NCBI GenBank assembly: GCA_021399345.1
Contig: JAAFKI010000022.1
Coordinates: forward strand, 1-50,608
Length of the DNA: 50,608 bases
Reading direction: 5' to 3'
Origin: Candidatus Heimdallarchaeota archaeon
Lineage (GTDB): Archaea > Asgardarchaeota > Heimdallarchaeia > Heimdallarchaeales > Heimdallarchaeaceae
The notes under the pieces are model-generated. The model was not told the origin of the DNA and ran no database searches. It was given only the letters and a program-made list of their open reading frames with translations. This document shows, piece after piece, positions 9,026 to 19,393 of this stretch. The translations under genes were made by a program, and so were the position numbers. Every line of letters starts with the position of its first letter. Positions within the stretch are counted from its first letter, which is position 1.

Positions 9026-9385
9026 ATGAGTTTCAAGTACAAGCAAGTTATAGCTGTTCGAACTGATTTGAAAATGTCTAAAGGAAAAACAGCTGTTCAA
9101 GTAGCCCACGGATCAGTATCTGCTTACGTAAAAACTAAAAAATATTATCCGGATTGGGCGGATAATTGGTTAAGAGAAGGACAAAAGAAAATCACAGTTA
9201 AAGTAAGTTCTCAAGAAGATATACACAAACTAGCAGAACTTGCGAGAAAATCAGATTTACCATATGCAATAATCAATGATGCGGGGCTCACACAATTACC
9301 ACCAGGTACAACAACAGTAATCAGTATTGGTCCTTCAAGACAAGAGCTAATTGATAAAATATCAGCAGATTTATCATTACTTTAG
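9026..9385 (+). CDS. pth2: Peptidyl-tRNA hydrolase Pth2
   Basis: KQVIAVRTDLKMSKGK.AVQVAH, W..EGQKKI, DAGLTQLPPGT.T...IGP. ATG at 9026 preferred over TTG at 8975. Confidence 0.95.
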   Translation: MSFKYKQVIAVRTDLKMSKGKTAVQVAHGSVSAYVKTKKYYPDWADNWLREGQKKITVKVSSQEDIHKLAELARKSDLPYAIINDAGLTQLPPGTTTVISIGPSRQELIDKISADLSLL

Positions 9386-9408
9386 ATTAAAACAAGGAGT
9401 GCGGAATC

Positions 9409-10647
9409 TTGAACTCTGACAACTTACTCGTTCCAACAATAACAAGGAAAAAAGGAATAAACGGTCAGATTAAACAACGTTCTGAAGATTTTATTGTATG
9501 CGAAAAAATTGATGAAACTCACACACTAGATCCTAGAATTGAAACCCATAAGCTTCCTGGAAAGAAAGGATTATTCCTTCATTTTGTTCTCATAAAAAAT
9601 AATATTGATACTTCTGCAGCTTTAGATTGGATAGCCAATTTATGGAAGGTCAAGCGCAATGATTTGAGTATTGCAGGAACAAAAGATAAACGAGCTTTTA
9701 CTGCACAAAGAGTTTCTCTATGGGGTGTGAAGAAAAAATATGAGGAAGGAAAACTGAAAGAGATTAATCTTCCCAAAATCAAAACAAAATCACTATGTTT
9801 TAGGATCAATGAGATTAGACTCGGAAATTCATGGGGAAATGCATTTCACATCACTATTAGAGACATACTTACAGATATGGCACAAACTAAAATTAAACTA
9901 GAAGATAAAATTAGTGAAATTAATGATTTAGGGTATTTACTGAATAGTTTTGGTCAACAAAGATTTGGAACAATCAGACCAATAACCCATTTAGTTGGAG
10001 AAAAGCTAATTTTGGGGAATATCAAAGAAGCGCTGAAAGTTTATATTGGAAAGTGCTATGAAGACGAATCTCAAGAAGCACTTGAAGCAAGAAGATTGTA
10101 TTTGGAAACAGAAAATCCTCAAGAGGTTCTTAAAATTATTCCAGAACACATGCATATTGAAAGGAAAATGCTAAGAGAACTTCAAAAGCATAAAAACCAT
10201 AAACAAGCTTTTTTTTCTCTGCCATTACAATTCCAAAAGTTGTTCATTCATGCATATCAATCCTATATTTTCAATAAGTATCTGAAAATCAGATATGAAA
10301 AATACTCAAAAGATCTTAGTGAACCTATAGATGGAGAAAAAGCTGCTGATAATACAGTATTAGCTCCCCTAATTGGTAATAAAACTAAATTATCTGGACA
10401 AACAGAAGAGATTCATTCTAAAATTCTTAAACATGAAGAAGTTTCAATGCAAGACTTCAATAGACCCATAGTAATGAAATTAGGTGGAGGGGGCTCATAT
10501 CGAGCACTAGGAATGAAAGTATACAATCTGAAAATCGATGAAATTGCAGAAGATGAGATAAATACAGGAAAAACTAAGGCAATCTTAAGTTTTGAATTAA
10601 AAAAGGGGTCATATGCAACAGAGGTTTTAAAGGAAATAATTAGGTAA
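9409..10647 (+). CDS. truD: tRNA pseudouridine(13) synthase TruD/Pus7
   Basis: EDFIV.E, AGTKDKRAFTAQ (catalytic Asp), GNAF.I.IR, NSFGQQRFG, HAYQSYIFN, LKKGSYAT. Confidence 0.93.
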   Translation: MNSDNLLVPTITRKKGINGQIKQRSEDFIVCEKIDETHTLDPRIETHKLPGKKGLFLHFVLIKNNIDTSAALDWIANLWKVKRNDLSIAGTKDKRAFTAQRVSLWGVKKKYEEGKLKEINLPKIKTKSLCFRINEIRLGNSWGNAFHITIRDILTDMAQTKIKLEDKISEINDLGYLLNSFGQQRFGTIRPITHLVGEKLILGNIKEALKVYIGKCYEDESQEALEARRLYLETENPQEVLKIIPEHMHIERKMLRELQKHKNHKQAFFSLPLQFQKLFIHAYQSYIFNKYLKIRYEKYSKDLSEPIDGEKAADNTVLAPLIGNKTKLSGQTEEIHSKILKHEEVSMQDFNRPIVMKLGGGGSYRALGMKVYNLKIDEIAEDEINTGKTKAILSFELKKGSYATEVLKEIIR

Positions 10648-10683
10648 CCAAGCTTCGAAAATATCCGAGGATTCTGAAGAAAT

Positions 10684-11148
10684 TCATTCAGTTTTTCTAA
10701 TCATTAAAAATGCATCAGAATTATCTTGATAGTATTTTCTAATTCGAGATACAATCTCAAACCCTAGTTCCTCATATAACTTAATGGCTCCTGCGTTATC
10801 AACACTAACCTCTAGTTTTGTATTTGGATATCCCAATAAAGAGGATCGCTCAAGAAAATGTAATAGAATTTTCTTTCCAAAACCCGTTCCGCGATAATTT
10901 TCTAGAATAGCTATTGAAAATATGTGTGTTTGTTTTTCAACGGGGATATATCCTCCTAGCAAAAATCCCACGATTTCTTGATCATATTCAATTACAAAGC
11001 ACAATTCAGGAGCACCAAAATAGATATTGTGAATTAGAACCTCACCAAATGGGTATGGAAAGCTCTTTCTTTCTATTTCGTATACCTTTAAGATATCATT
11101 TTCTCTCATGTGTCTTATGTGGGACGAATTTTCATTCATTCTTATCAC
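10684..11148 (-). CDS. rimI: RimI/Ard1-type GNAT N-acetyltransferase
   Basis: IE..SFP.P, HIFSIAI...YRGTGFG, LEV.V.N..AIKLYEELGF, YYQD..DA..M. Confidence 0.85.
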   Translation of the reverse strand: MIRMNENSSHIRHMRENDILKVYEIERKSFPYPFGEVLIHNIYFGAPELCFVIEYDQEIVGFLLGGYIPVEKQTHIFSIAILENYRGTGFGKKILLHFLERSSLLGYPNTKLEVSVDNAGAIKLYEELGFEIVSRIRKYYQDNSDAFLMIRKTE

Positions 11149-11307
11149 AAGTTTTTTTTGTTGTACAACTAATCAAGATTAAACTTAGGGAAATTCTAGG
11201 TTTTATTGAATTAATCTAATTAGTTTTTTTACTTTTCTGAACAACCTTTTCAGAAACAAGTTTTAAAATGGACATGTTGTAGTATTCATATTCATAGATA
11301 TATTGAG

Positions 11308-11745
11308 ATGAAGAATTTGAGTAAAAAAAGAGCTGCGGATTATGAAAGAGTATTGGTGAATAGATTCTGGGATTATGGATTTGCAGTTATGAGGGCCCCT
11401 TCTTCATCAGGAACAAGTAAAATGCCTAGACCTGACGTTTTCGCAGGTTCTGCTGAAAAGGGAATGTTGTTGGCTATTGAAATCAAAACAAGTCGTCAAG
11501 AAGTTTTTTACATCCAAGAGGAGCAGATACAAGGTTTAGTAGAATTTGCAGACAGACTAGGAGCTGAACCATATGTTGCTGTCAAATTCGTAGGTAAGCG
11601 AATGGATTTCATCTTTCTATCTGTACCAGAATCTCTAACTCAAAGCAAGGGGGGTAGCTATCGAATAACTGTCGAAAATCTTACATCAAAAGGAACAGAT
11701 TTCTACGCTCTTATAGGTGAAGAAAAACATAAAGATCAAAAATAA
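11308..11745 (+). CDS. hjc: Archaeal Holliday junction resolvase Hjc
   Basis: ERVLV...GFAVMRAPSS, PDVFAG, IEIK (PD-(D/E)xK), L.EFA..LG..P..AVKF. Confidence 0.9.
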   Translation: MKNLSKKRAADYERVLVNRFWDYGFAVMRAPSSSGTSKMPRPDVFAGSAEKGMLLAIEIKTSRQEVFYIQEEQIQGLVEFADRLGAEPYVAVKFVGKRMDFIFLSVPESLTQSKGGSYRITVENLTSKGTDFYALIGEEKHKDQK

Positions 11746-11794
11746 AGAAAACAAGAAATGGTGAGTCTAGAATCAATTTGAAGTTGATGATGAA

Positions 11795-12883
11795 ATGAAG
11801 ATACTAAAAAAGGACTATAAGCATGGAATAATTGAGCTTATCCCTGAAAACATTGATGATTTATATGGTATTTATAGAATCTTAAAGCAAGGCGATAAGG
11901 TCAGAGCTTCCACATCTAGAAGATTGAGAAGAAAGGATGACGGGGTGAGAGCAGATACTGGTGAAAGAGTCAAAATGACACTTGAAGTAGAAGTAGAAGA
12001 ACTTGCTTTTCATGGTTTTGGAGATAATTTAAGATTCAAGGGGACAGTAATTGATGGTCCTGATGACCTAATATCTCTAGGAAGTTATCATACTATTTCA
12101 TTATCTTTGATGGAAAAAGTTCGCATTGAAAAGACAAATTGGACCCATATGGAGAAAAAAGTTATAGAGGATATAGAAAAGGCATCAATGTTAGCTAAAC
12201 TTGTAATTGTGACAATCGAAGATAATAGTGTCTGTATTGCTCTAGTTACACAATTTTCAACTAAAATTATTTCTGAATTTAGTTCTCCAGTCACAAGGAA
12301 GTTTAGTGATGTTAAGCAACATTCCAGTGAAATGGGTCAGTTCTTTGCTGATGTTCTTCAATTAATACAAGATACAGTCAAACAATATGAATCACAAATC
12401 ATAATTCTAGCAGGTCCAGGATTTACTCCTGAAAACTTCTATGAATTTATTAAAACTAGAGATCAAGTTTTGTTCGAGAAAGTTACCCGAGTTCATGTAA
12501 GTACAGGAGGTAGAGTTGGGTTAAAGGAAGTACTTTCCACAAAACTTCCAGAAAAAATTGCTAATGAACAACGTGTTGCTTATGAAACCAGATTAATTGA
12601 AGAAGTACTAAAAAGATTAGGCCAGGATACAGGAACTGTAACTTATGGATTAGATAATGTGAAGAGAGCTTTAGATATGGGGGCAATTGAAACTTTACTT
12701 ATTAGTGATGATCAGATCAGTATAGAAGACCTTGAAAAAAGAAGAATTATTGATGAAATGGTTGATACTAATTCACAAAAGCGTGGAAAAACTGTTATTA
12801 TGTCAATTAATCATGAATCCGGAGAACAACTTTCCAAATTAGGTGGACTAGCAGCTCTTCTCAGATACCAACTACGAGATTGA
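11795..12883 (+). CDS. pelA: mRNA surveillance protein Pelota (aDom34)
   Basis: PENIDDL, G.YHTI, LAGPGF, YGLDNV..A..MGAIETLL, HESGEQL..LGGLAALLRY. Confidence 0.93.
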   Translation: MKILKKDYKHGIIELIPENIDDLYGIYRILKQGDKVRASTSRRLRRKDDGVRADTGERVKMTLEVEVEELAFHGFGDNLRFKGTVIDGPDDLISLGSYHTISLSLMEKVRIEKTNWTHMEKKVIEDIEKASMLAKLVIVTIEDNSVCIALVTQFSTKIISEFSSPVTRKFSDVKQHSSEMGQFFADVLQLIQDTVKQYESQIIILAGPGFTPENFYEFIKTRDQVLFEKVTRVHVSTGGRVGLKEVLSTKLPEKIANEQRVAYETRLIEEVLKRLGQDTGTVTYGLDNVKRALDMGAIETLLISDDQISIEDLEKRRIIDEMVDTNSQKRGKTVIMSINHESGEQLSKLGGLAALLRYQLRD

Positions 12884-12888
12884 TTTTA

Positions 12889-13980
12889 TCACAATGGTTC
12901 TAAGTAAGTAATAATCCCTTCTGGATAAGGATATTGGTGAATAATTTCAATACTTGAAATGACTTTAGCAAACTTTGTCTTTAGCTCCTCACTTATCCGT
13001 TTTGTATCCAACCAGTTCAGAAATATTGTATTGGTTTTTTCGTCTATATCATAATCTTCTTCTCTGAAACCATATTCTGAATTAAGTGAATTTATGATCA
13101 AATTAATAGAATTGATATTATCAACTACGATTTTGGCTCGAACTATCAGTCCTTCTTCTGTAATATCATCAAAATGTTTAGAATAGTTGTTAGCTCTTCG
13201 TACTAATCTGTTTTTAAGCTGTGTTTTATCCTTATATCTTGAAGAACAATAATGAATAGAAATTGGGGATTTTTTGAATTTTTGTAAAATATCCATAGCT
13301 AATTCTTTACTACCTTCTACTGCAGCGCTTACACTGTCTTTTGCAATATAATTCATTTCTGTAAGAATTTCAATATTTGCATCTGTTATCTCTAACTCAT
13401 TTAGGTTAACAAAATCTAGATTAATATCAATTGCGAAATTTATTATTTCAATAATTTTTTGCCTATAATCAGGAATTACAGGAATTTCTACTCCCACACT
13501 CCAATCAAAAGATTTAGCTATTTTTAATGATTTTTTTATCTTCTCAGAAAGAATCAAACGTGGTGGGTGAAATCTTATTTCATCCAATCCTGAACTTAAA
13601 AGAATCTTCATTTGATTTGAACTAAGAGAATGGGAAGTATAAAGATGACAATGAAAATCTTCTCCAAAATGCTTTTTGAATCCACTTATGTATTCATTAA
13701 CCCTTTCAAGAGTAACAGCGGGATCACCCCCTGTGATTCCGGCTCCTAAAGCTGACATAATCTCTGCTTCTGCTATTGCTTGATTAATTGTAGTGATTTG
13801 TTGTTCATTTGCGAAAGTTATATCCTGTCTTCTTTCTTTCATTATAGGACAGTAAAAGCAATTTGAATGACATTCTCCTGTGATATATAAGACTAATTTT
13901 GCGCCTAAGGAACAAAGTTGGCATCCTTTGGTTGGTTTCCCTACAACCTTATTTTCATGCCATTTGGAGATTTTTCTCAT
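12889..13980 (-). CDS. Radical SAM protein (COG2108-like)
   Basis: GCQLC..GAKLVLYITGECHSNCFYCP (CxxxCxxC), ITGGDP, GLDEIRFHP, NLNELE. Confidence 0.85.
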   Translation of the reverse strand: MRKISKWHENKVVGKPTKGCQLCSLGAKLVLYITGECHSNCFYCPIMKERRQDITFANEQQITTINQAIAEAEIMSALGAGITGGDPAVTLERVNEYISGFKKHFGEDFHCHLYTSHSLSSNQMKILLSSGLDEIRFHPPRLILSEKIKKSLKIAKSFDWSVGVEIPVIPDYRQKIIEIINFAIDINLDFVNLNELEITDANIEILTEMNYIAKDSVSAAVEGSKELAMDILQKFKKSPISIHYCSSRYKDKTQLKNRLVRRANNYSKHFDDITEEGLIVRAKIVVDNINSINLIINSLNSEYGFREEDYDIDEKTNTIFLNWLDTKRISEELKTKFAKVISSIEIIHQYPYPEGIITYLEPL

Positions 13981-14043
13981 CTTGAAAAAGTAAAAATGTC
14001 ATAATAAAAAGTATCAGTTTTGGTAGAAGTTTACTAATTAATT

Positions 14044-15288
14044 ATGAAAGAACAGTTTTTTATAACTAAACCATCAACCATAGCGAAAGGGTCAATTATG
14101 CTTACAACTTTCCAAATCGTTCTATTTGTTATAATAGGTTTTTTGCTGTTGTCCTATTTAGCTAAAGTCTTAAATTTACAGAAATATGGCATACATATAT
14201 TACCTATTGGAATAATATTCAGAACAGAGTTTTTCAATAAAATATTGGAAAAGATGGGAGAGAAAGGAAAAAGATTTTGGAAAATCCTTTATGATATTGG
14301 TAAGATATTAACAGGAATTATCACTCTAGGATTACTTGGATTCTTTATAGTGAACCCATTCTTAATTATATTCAATTCACCTGCTGGTTTAGGTTTTCAG
14401 CTTATAATTCCTGGTGTAACGATAGATTTCAAAATGGCTTTGTTGTTTATTTTACCAATATTATTAGTTCTTATTCCTCATGAAATAGCTCATGCAGTGA
14501 TGGCACATAGAGAAGGAATTAAGATTAAATCTTCAGGAATTTTTATTGTGCTTGTATTCTTCGGAGGGTTTGTTGAGTTAGTAAGAGAACAGGTTGAGAA
14601 AGCTAATCTGAAAAGCAAAATTAGAGTTTTTCTTAATGGATCTGCTATTAATGCAGTTTTTTCAGTCTTTTTTGTAGCATTATACCTTCTATCACCACTA
14701 ATAGTATCTATAGGTTACACTGATCCTAGCGGGGCGCTAATCACTAATGTATATGATGGTTACCCAGCTGATATGGTTGGAATAGTTCGAGGAGATGTTA
14801 TCACAACTATTGGAGCCTATAATTCCTCAACACAACAGGTCATCTATTACCAGATAAATAATGTTGAAGATTACCATAGAGCTATTGCAGAGAATTTAGG
14901 GGTTGGTTTGTTTTTCGTAAGTTTACTCGATAAACCTACAAGAGCTCTTATCCCTACATCAGACAATCCGTCTTCCAGTAAAAATAGTACAGACAGAATC
15001 TTCCTTGGTATAAACATTTACAATTATTATCCCCCTAAATCGGGAAGACAATCAATTTGGTTCCCCTATTATTGGAACATGCAAATTTTATATACCTTAA
15101 ATATCGGTATAATGGCTGTATTTTTGAATACACTACCCTTATTTTTGACAGATGGGGACAAGATTTTGCAAGCTTATCTTATGAACAAATATCCTGATAA
15201 ACCTAAAGGGAAAAAGTTGTTAAATGTTGCAAGAATTATTTCTATTTGTTTAATAGCTGTGAATCTCATACTATCAATGGTATTTTAG
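14044..15288 (+). CDS. Site-2 protease (M50 membrane metalloprotease) with PDZ-like insert
   Basis: HEIAH zinc motif, NTLPLFLTDG motif, multiple TM helices, YPA...GI..GDVI PDZ-like segment. True start may be 14098. Confidence 0.88.
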   Translation: MKEQFFITKPSTIAKGSIMLTTFQIVLFVIIGFLLLSYLAKVLNLQKYGIHILPIGIIFRTEFFNKILEKMGEKGKRFWKILYDIGKILTGIITLGLLGFFIVNPFLIIFNSPAGLGFQLIIPGVTIDFKMALLFILPILLVLIPHEIAHAVMAHREGIKIKSSGIFIVLVFFGGFVELVREQVEKANLKSKIRVFLNGSAINAVFSVFFVALYLLSPLIVSIGYTDPSGALITNVYDGYPADMVGIVRGDVITTIGAYNSSTQQVIYYQINNVEDYHRAIAENLGVGLFFVSLLDKPTRALIPTSDNPSSSKNSTDRIFLGINIYNYYPPKSGRQSIWFPYYWNMQILYTLNIGIMAVFLNTLPLFLTDGDKILQAYLMNKYPDKPKGKKLLNVARIISICLIAVNLILSMVF

Positions 15289-16245
15289 GTGAAAAATATG
15301 AAATGCACTCTTTGTGGAGAACAAACAGTTTATGTTAGGCAGTACGATAAACTAGCTCTTTGCATTAGACATTTCAATGAACAAATGAGAAAACGAGTTC
15401 AGAAGACCATTACCCGATATAAGATGTTGGGAAGAAAAGATAGGATTGCCATAGGTGTTTCAGGGGGTAAAGATAGTATAGCTCTTTTAGATATCATGTC
15501 TAGAATTGAGAAAGATTTTCCTGAAAGTAATCTTGTAGCTATTATTATTGATGAAGGTATAGAAAACTATCGTGATGAAGGTTTACACTTCGCTAAAATG
15601 AATGCTAAAAGACTAAATATTGAACATCATGTTTTCTCCTTCAAACATGATTTTGGTTATGATCTTGATAATATAATCGAGATTTTGGGTGAGAGAGGAA
15701 AAGATAGAGAGTATGGTGCTTGTTCATATTGTGGTATTCTAAGAAGAAAAATTCTGAACAAAGCTGCAAAAGAAGTAGGAGCAGATGTCTTACTAACCGG
15801 GCATAATCTTGAGGATGAAGCTGAAACTGTACTTCTTAACATTATCAGAGGAGATATTCAAAGACTAGTAAGGTTAGATCCAAAACCAAGAAAAATACAT
15901 CACAGCTTAGTTCCCAGAGCAAAACCTTTTCGCACAACTCCTCAAGCTGAGATTGTCATGTATTGCTATTTAAATGACTTAGAATATCAAGAAATTCCTT
16001 GCCCTTATGCAGTTGAAGCATATAGAGGAGATGTTAGAGATTTCATTTTTAAAACTCAAGAAAAGCAACCCATGTTATCCTTCAATATTGTTAGGGGTTT
16101 AGATAAGTTATTGAAATTGGTTAATGATATTCCAACAAGTAAAAAAATGCAGGATTGCACAAAATGTGGTGAAGCAACAGCCAGTGACTTATGTAGGGGT
16201 TGCTGGTTGAAGGATAAAGTTCAATCCATTAAAGAACTAAAATAA
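15289..16245 (+). CDS. tRNA 2-thiolation protein Ncs6/TtuA family
   Basis: N-terminal CxxC...CxxH zinc finger, PP-loop SGGKDS, CSYCG..RR, GHNLEDEAET, CPY, C-terminal CxxC...CxxC. Confidence 0.88.
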   Translation: MKNMKCTLCGEQTVYVRQYDKLALCIRHFNEQMRKRVQKTITRYKMLGRKDRIAIGVSGGKDSIALLDIMSRIEKDFPESNLVAIIIDEGIENYRDEGLHFAKMNAKRLNIEHHVFSFKHDFGYDLDNIIEILGERGKDREYGACSYCGILRRKILNKAAKEVGADVLLTGHNLEDEAETVLLNIIRGDIQRLVRLDPKPRKIHHSLVPRAKPFRTTPQAEIVMYCYLNDLEYQEIPCPYAVEAYRGDVRDFIFKTQEKQPMLSFNIVRGLDKLLKLVNDIPTSKKMQDCTKCGEATASDLCRGCWLKDKVQSIKELK

Positions 16246-16345
16246 TTTTCACTTTTTCTGAAGTATAACAACAAGAAAAAGAAATATAAACTGAATCTTT
16301 TTCCGTACTATAGTTACTCAAACTATTGTTTATGAGGAAATCAAA

Positions 16346-16930
16346 ATGAGTGAGACATTAAAGAATCTAGCTAAAGCATTCATTGGAGAAAGTCAAGCAA
16401 GAAACCGATACACCATGTATGCAAAAATAGCACGTAAAGAGGGATATGAGCAAATCGCAAATCTATTCCTTATAACAGCTGATAACGAAAGAGAACATGC
16501 CAAATGGAACTTCCGTATGATTCAAGAAGTTAAAAAGAAATTAAAATTCTCAAAAGAAGCTATTACAGTTGATGCTGAAGCACCGTTGGTTTTAGATAAC
16601 ACCATTGCTAATCTTAAAGCAGCAATTGCTGGGGAACATTATGAATATGAAACTATGTACCCTGAATTTGCTGATGTTGCAGAGAAGGAAGGTTTTTCAA
16701 AAATAGCAGATAGATTAAGAGCTATTGGTGATGCAGAAAAGCATCATGAAGAACGCTACAAGAAGCTTTTAGCACAAATTGAAGGTAAAACTGTTTTCAA
16801 AAAAGCTGAGAAGGTTACATGGGTTTGTCAGAAATGTGGTCACGTTCACGAAGGAGAACATCCACCAGACAATTGTCCAAGTTGCAGCCATCCAAGCAAA
16901 TACTATGAAATTTTATGTGAAACTTATTAG
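16346..16930 (+). CDS. rbr: Rubrerythrin
   Basis: NLAKAFIGESQARNRY, EREHAK, GEHYE..MYP.FA..A..EG, EKHHE, C-terminal rubredoxin WVCQKCG...CPSC. Confidence 0.93.
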   Translation: MSETLKNLAKAFIGESQARNRYTMYAKIARKEGYEQIANLFLITADNEREHAKWNFRMIQEVKKKLKFSKEAITVDAEAPLVLDNTIANLKAAIAGEHYEYETMYPEFADVAEKEGFSKIADRLRAIGDAEKHHEERYKKLLAQIEGKTVFKKAEKVTWVCQKCGHVHEGEHPPDNCPSCSHPSKYYEILCETY

Positions 16931-16951
16931 TTTCACTGCTAATTTTTTTTT

Positions 16952-18895
16952 TCATTCCAAAAACATCTTCTGTAAATATGTTGAAAGTTGAATGCGGTCA
17001 TCAAGTACCAATTGCTGTTTGCTCTCAAATTTTGGTAGTAGGTTCCTCCAAACTTCAGAGTAGCTCTGAACTTCACTTACTAATTTTCGAAATTTTCTTG
17101 AAGCTAAAAAGGACTTTCCAACAAAAATATAACTAAAAATGAAAGTTCCATGTTTCACTTTGATAATAGTATAACCATTGTATCTAACTCTCTCGAATAT
17201 GGGGACAGTACATACATGTTTGATTTCTTCATTTTGAATTTTTGATATAATGGGGCCTATTTGGTTAGGATCAAAGGAATCTTCGTTGAGAATCTCTGAA
17301 AATAAAATAGTACCTTCTTGACCTAATATGAGAAATGCATTTGGTTTTTCCTCTTCTTTATTAACATCTTTGTAGATTAATTTATTCCTAACTAGATCAT
17401 ACAGCAAATCTTCAATATGTGTTAATTCCAATCTTTCAGAGAGATCAGGGAGCAACAAAGAAGCATTTTCCCATTGATCAAGGTTTTCAATAATTTTGTC
17501 ATGAGCATTTGAAATCAAATTAGCAAGTCTATGGATACCTTTTTCCTCTGCTATTTTTTGTGCATCATTCAATAATAGCTTGGCTTCTTCAGTGTCTAGT
17601 TCAAGCAAAGAAAGTTGAGATTCGAATAATAAAGCCTCAGCAAGAATAACGAAAGAATCTTGCTCTCTAGCTAACTTTTCTAAATCATTAATCTTCAATT
17701 TGATATAACTTAAAATTTCAAAATCGTTTGACTTTACTAATTTATTAAAGTACAAATCACACAAATGAAATAGAGCTATTTTATTCATTTCATTATGAAT
17801 GAGAGAATCATATGCAACTTCATTGAGTAGATCAACTATTTCATTTAAATCATTTTCATATGAAATTGCTTTAAGAATAATCGCTTTACTTAATTTGTAG
17901 ATTTTATGACTAAGGTGTTGCTTTCTGTAACTCTGGAAATCAGATATTGCTTTTATTTTTTCTAGATTTTCTTTAGCTTTTTTAAACTTATTTTGTTCTA
18001 GTAAAACGAGAATCAATCGAAAAAGTATCCAAGAATATCTCCGATGGTGTGAGTTTCCTGTTTCTAGAAGCATTTGAGTACACTTAGTATAATATTCTAC
18101 AGCTTCATCTAAATCGTGTTTTTGCCAGTGTATGAAACCGATATCCCCAAGAATAAATGATAACGCGTATGCTGATTCCATTTTTTCAGCAAAAGGTAGA
18201 CTTTTCATTAAATAGTCAAGCGATGTTTCTAATTCACCCATGTCAAGATAAATTGTTCCCAAGCTTGATAAACAACCCATTTTTTGTTCAAAAACATCAA
18301 ATTCCTCAGCAAGTTCTAAGCAAATTTCAAACTGCGTGATAGCTTGGGAATATTTTCCATACCACTGATAAAGACAAGCTAACTCATACTGAATATTTAC
18401 TCTTCCATAATCCCATTCTATTTCTTCTACTATTTTTAATGCTTGAGTCATTTTCTCCAACAGAAAATCAAAACCATCTCTCCACCCCTTACAATGACTT
18501 TGCAATATGGCTTTCCTTTTGAGGTATTCTTGTGTTTCTTGATCAATAATTGAATCAAGGGTTTTTTGGGCTAGTTCTAAATTCTCAGCTCCATCTTTAA
18601 TATTCCCGGTAAGGCATAAAGATCTACCAAGATGAAAAGCTGAATCAATAATAAGGAATTTATTACCAATTTTCACACTCTTTTTAACAGCTTTTTCACC
18701 AAATTCTATTGCCTTAGTAAATGGTTGAAAAATACTATACAATTGCGTTTTTAATTTATAACAAAAGACTCTATCCTCAGACGTAACATCGCTTCTTCGT
18801 TCTATAGAATCTATTTCTTTTAGTGCCTCATAATATCTGCCAGTAAGAAATATATTCTCAATTGCTTCAAATTTCTCGTCTGAAACAGTCTTCAT
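16952..18895 (-). CDS. Tetratricopeptide-repeat protein with possible C-terminal longin-like alpha/beta domain
   Basis: Repeated LG.IY...G....A..Y...L TPR units; C-terminal FLILGQEGTILFS...FIFSYIFVG segment. Confidence 0.75.
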   Translation of the reverse strand: MKTVSDEKFEAIENIFLTGRYYEALKEIDSIERRSDVTSEDRVFCYKLKTQLYSIFQPFTKAIEFGEKAVKKSVKIGNKFLIIDSAFHLGRSLCLTGNIKDGAENLELAQKTLDSIIDQETQEYLKRKAILQSHCKGWRDGFDFLLEKMTQALKIVEEIEWDYGRVNIQYELACLYQWYGKYSQAITQFEICLELAEEFDVFEQKMGCLSSLGTIYLDMGELETSLDYLMKSLPFAEKMESAYALSFILGDIGFIHWQKHDLDEAVEYYTKCTQMLLETGNSHHRRYSWILFRLILVLLEQNKFKKAKENLEKIKAISDFQSYRKQHLSHKIYKLSKAIILKAISYENDLNEIVDLLNEVAYDSLIHNEMNKIALFHLCDLYFNKLVKSNDFEILSYIKLKINDLEKLAREQDSFVILAEALLFESQLSLLELDTEEAKLLLNDAQKIAEEKGIHRLANLISNAHDKIIENLDQWENASLLLPDLSERLELTHIEDLLYDLVRNKLIYKDVNKEEEKPNAFLILGQEGTILFSEILNEDSFDPNQIGPIISKIQNEEIKHVCTVPIFERVRYNGYTIIKVKHGTFIFSYIFVGKSFLASRKFRKLVSEVQSYSEVWRNLLPKFESKQQLVLDDRIQLSTYLQKMFLE

Positions 18896-18985
18896 TATGG
18901 CACTTCTATGAAATTATAAATCTCTTCAAGAAGAGAATGGTCATTAATAGGTTTTTCGGGAAAAATAATAGACAACTGAGCCGAA

Positions 18986-19287
18986 CATAGCGACCTGTTG
19001 TTCGACGCCATTTCAGAAGCCGTTTCTTAATCATAAGCTCCACGCCGCTTGCTATGGGCACCACATATCAATCTTAGAGCTGCTTACTTCCGTACCTGGC
19101 TCATTTTGACTTCAACCTTTCTAACGATTTCCTCCGAAATCGCCTCCAGTGTACACAGTCTCATAGGGCAGCGCTTCGACGCCATCCGATTAAGGCGTAT
19201 CAACCTCAACGAAGCCTCAGCAACAGCATTCACCCCAGCATATAGAGCGCTTCTGGTACAAGGACGCCCTAGGTCCCCGGCTAGTCG
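18986..19287 (-). ncRNA. ffs: Archaeal SRP RNA (7S RNA); precursor stem spans 18974-19304
   Basis: Minus strand has Alu-domain start GACTAGCCGGGGACCTAGGGCGTCCTTGTACC, helix 6 with GGAG loop (CGATTTCGGAGGAAATCG) and helix 8 GCCAGGTACGGAAGTAAGCAGC; about 300 nt. Confidence 0.93.
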
Positions 19288-19393
19288 TTGCTATCGACTC
19301 AGTTTCTAGTAAGCAAAAGATGTAAGACCAATTTAAACATTGCTATTTTTGGTTAATACACCACTTTTTGTTTATTTACCTAAAGAAGAACTT

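Noticed and set aside
19049-19309. 86-aa plus-strand ORF
   Set aside because: Antisense to the SRP RNA; spurious.
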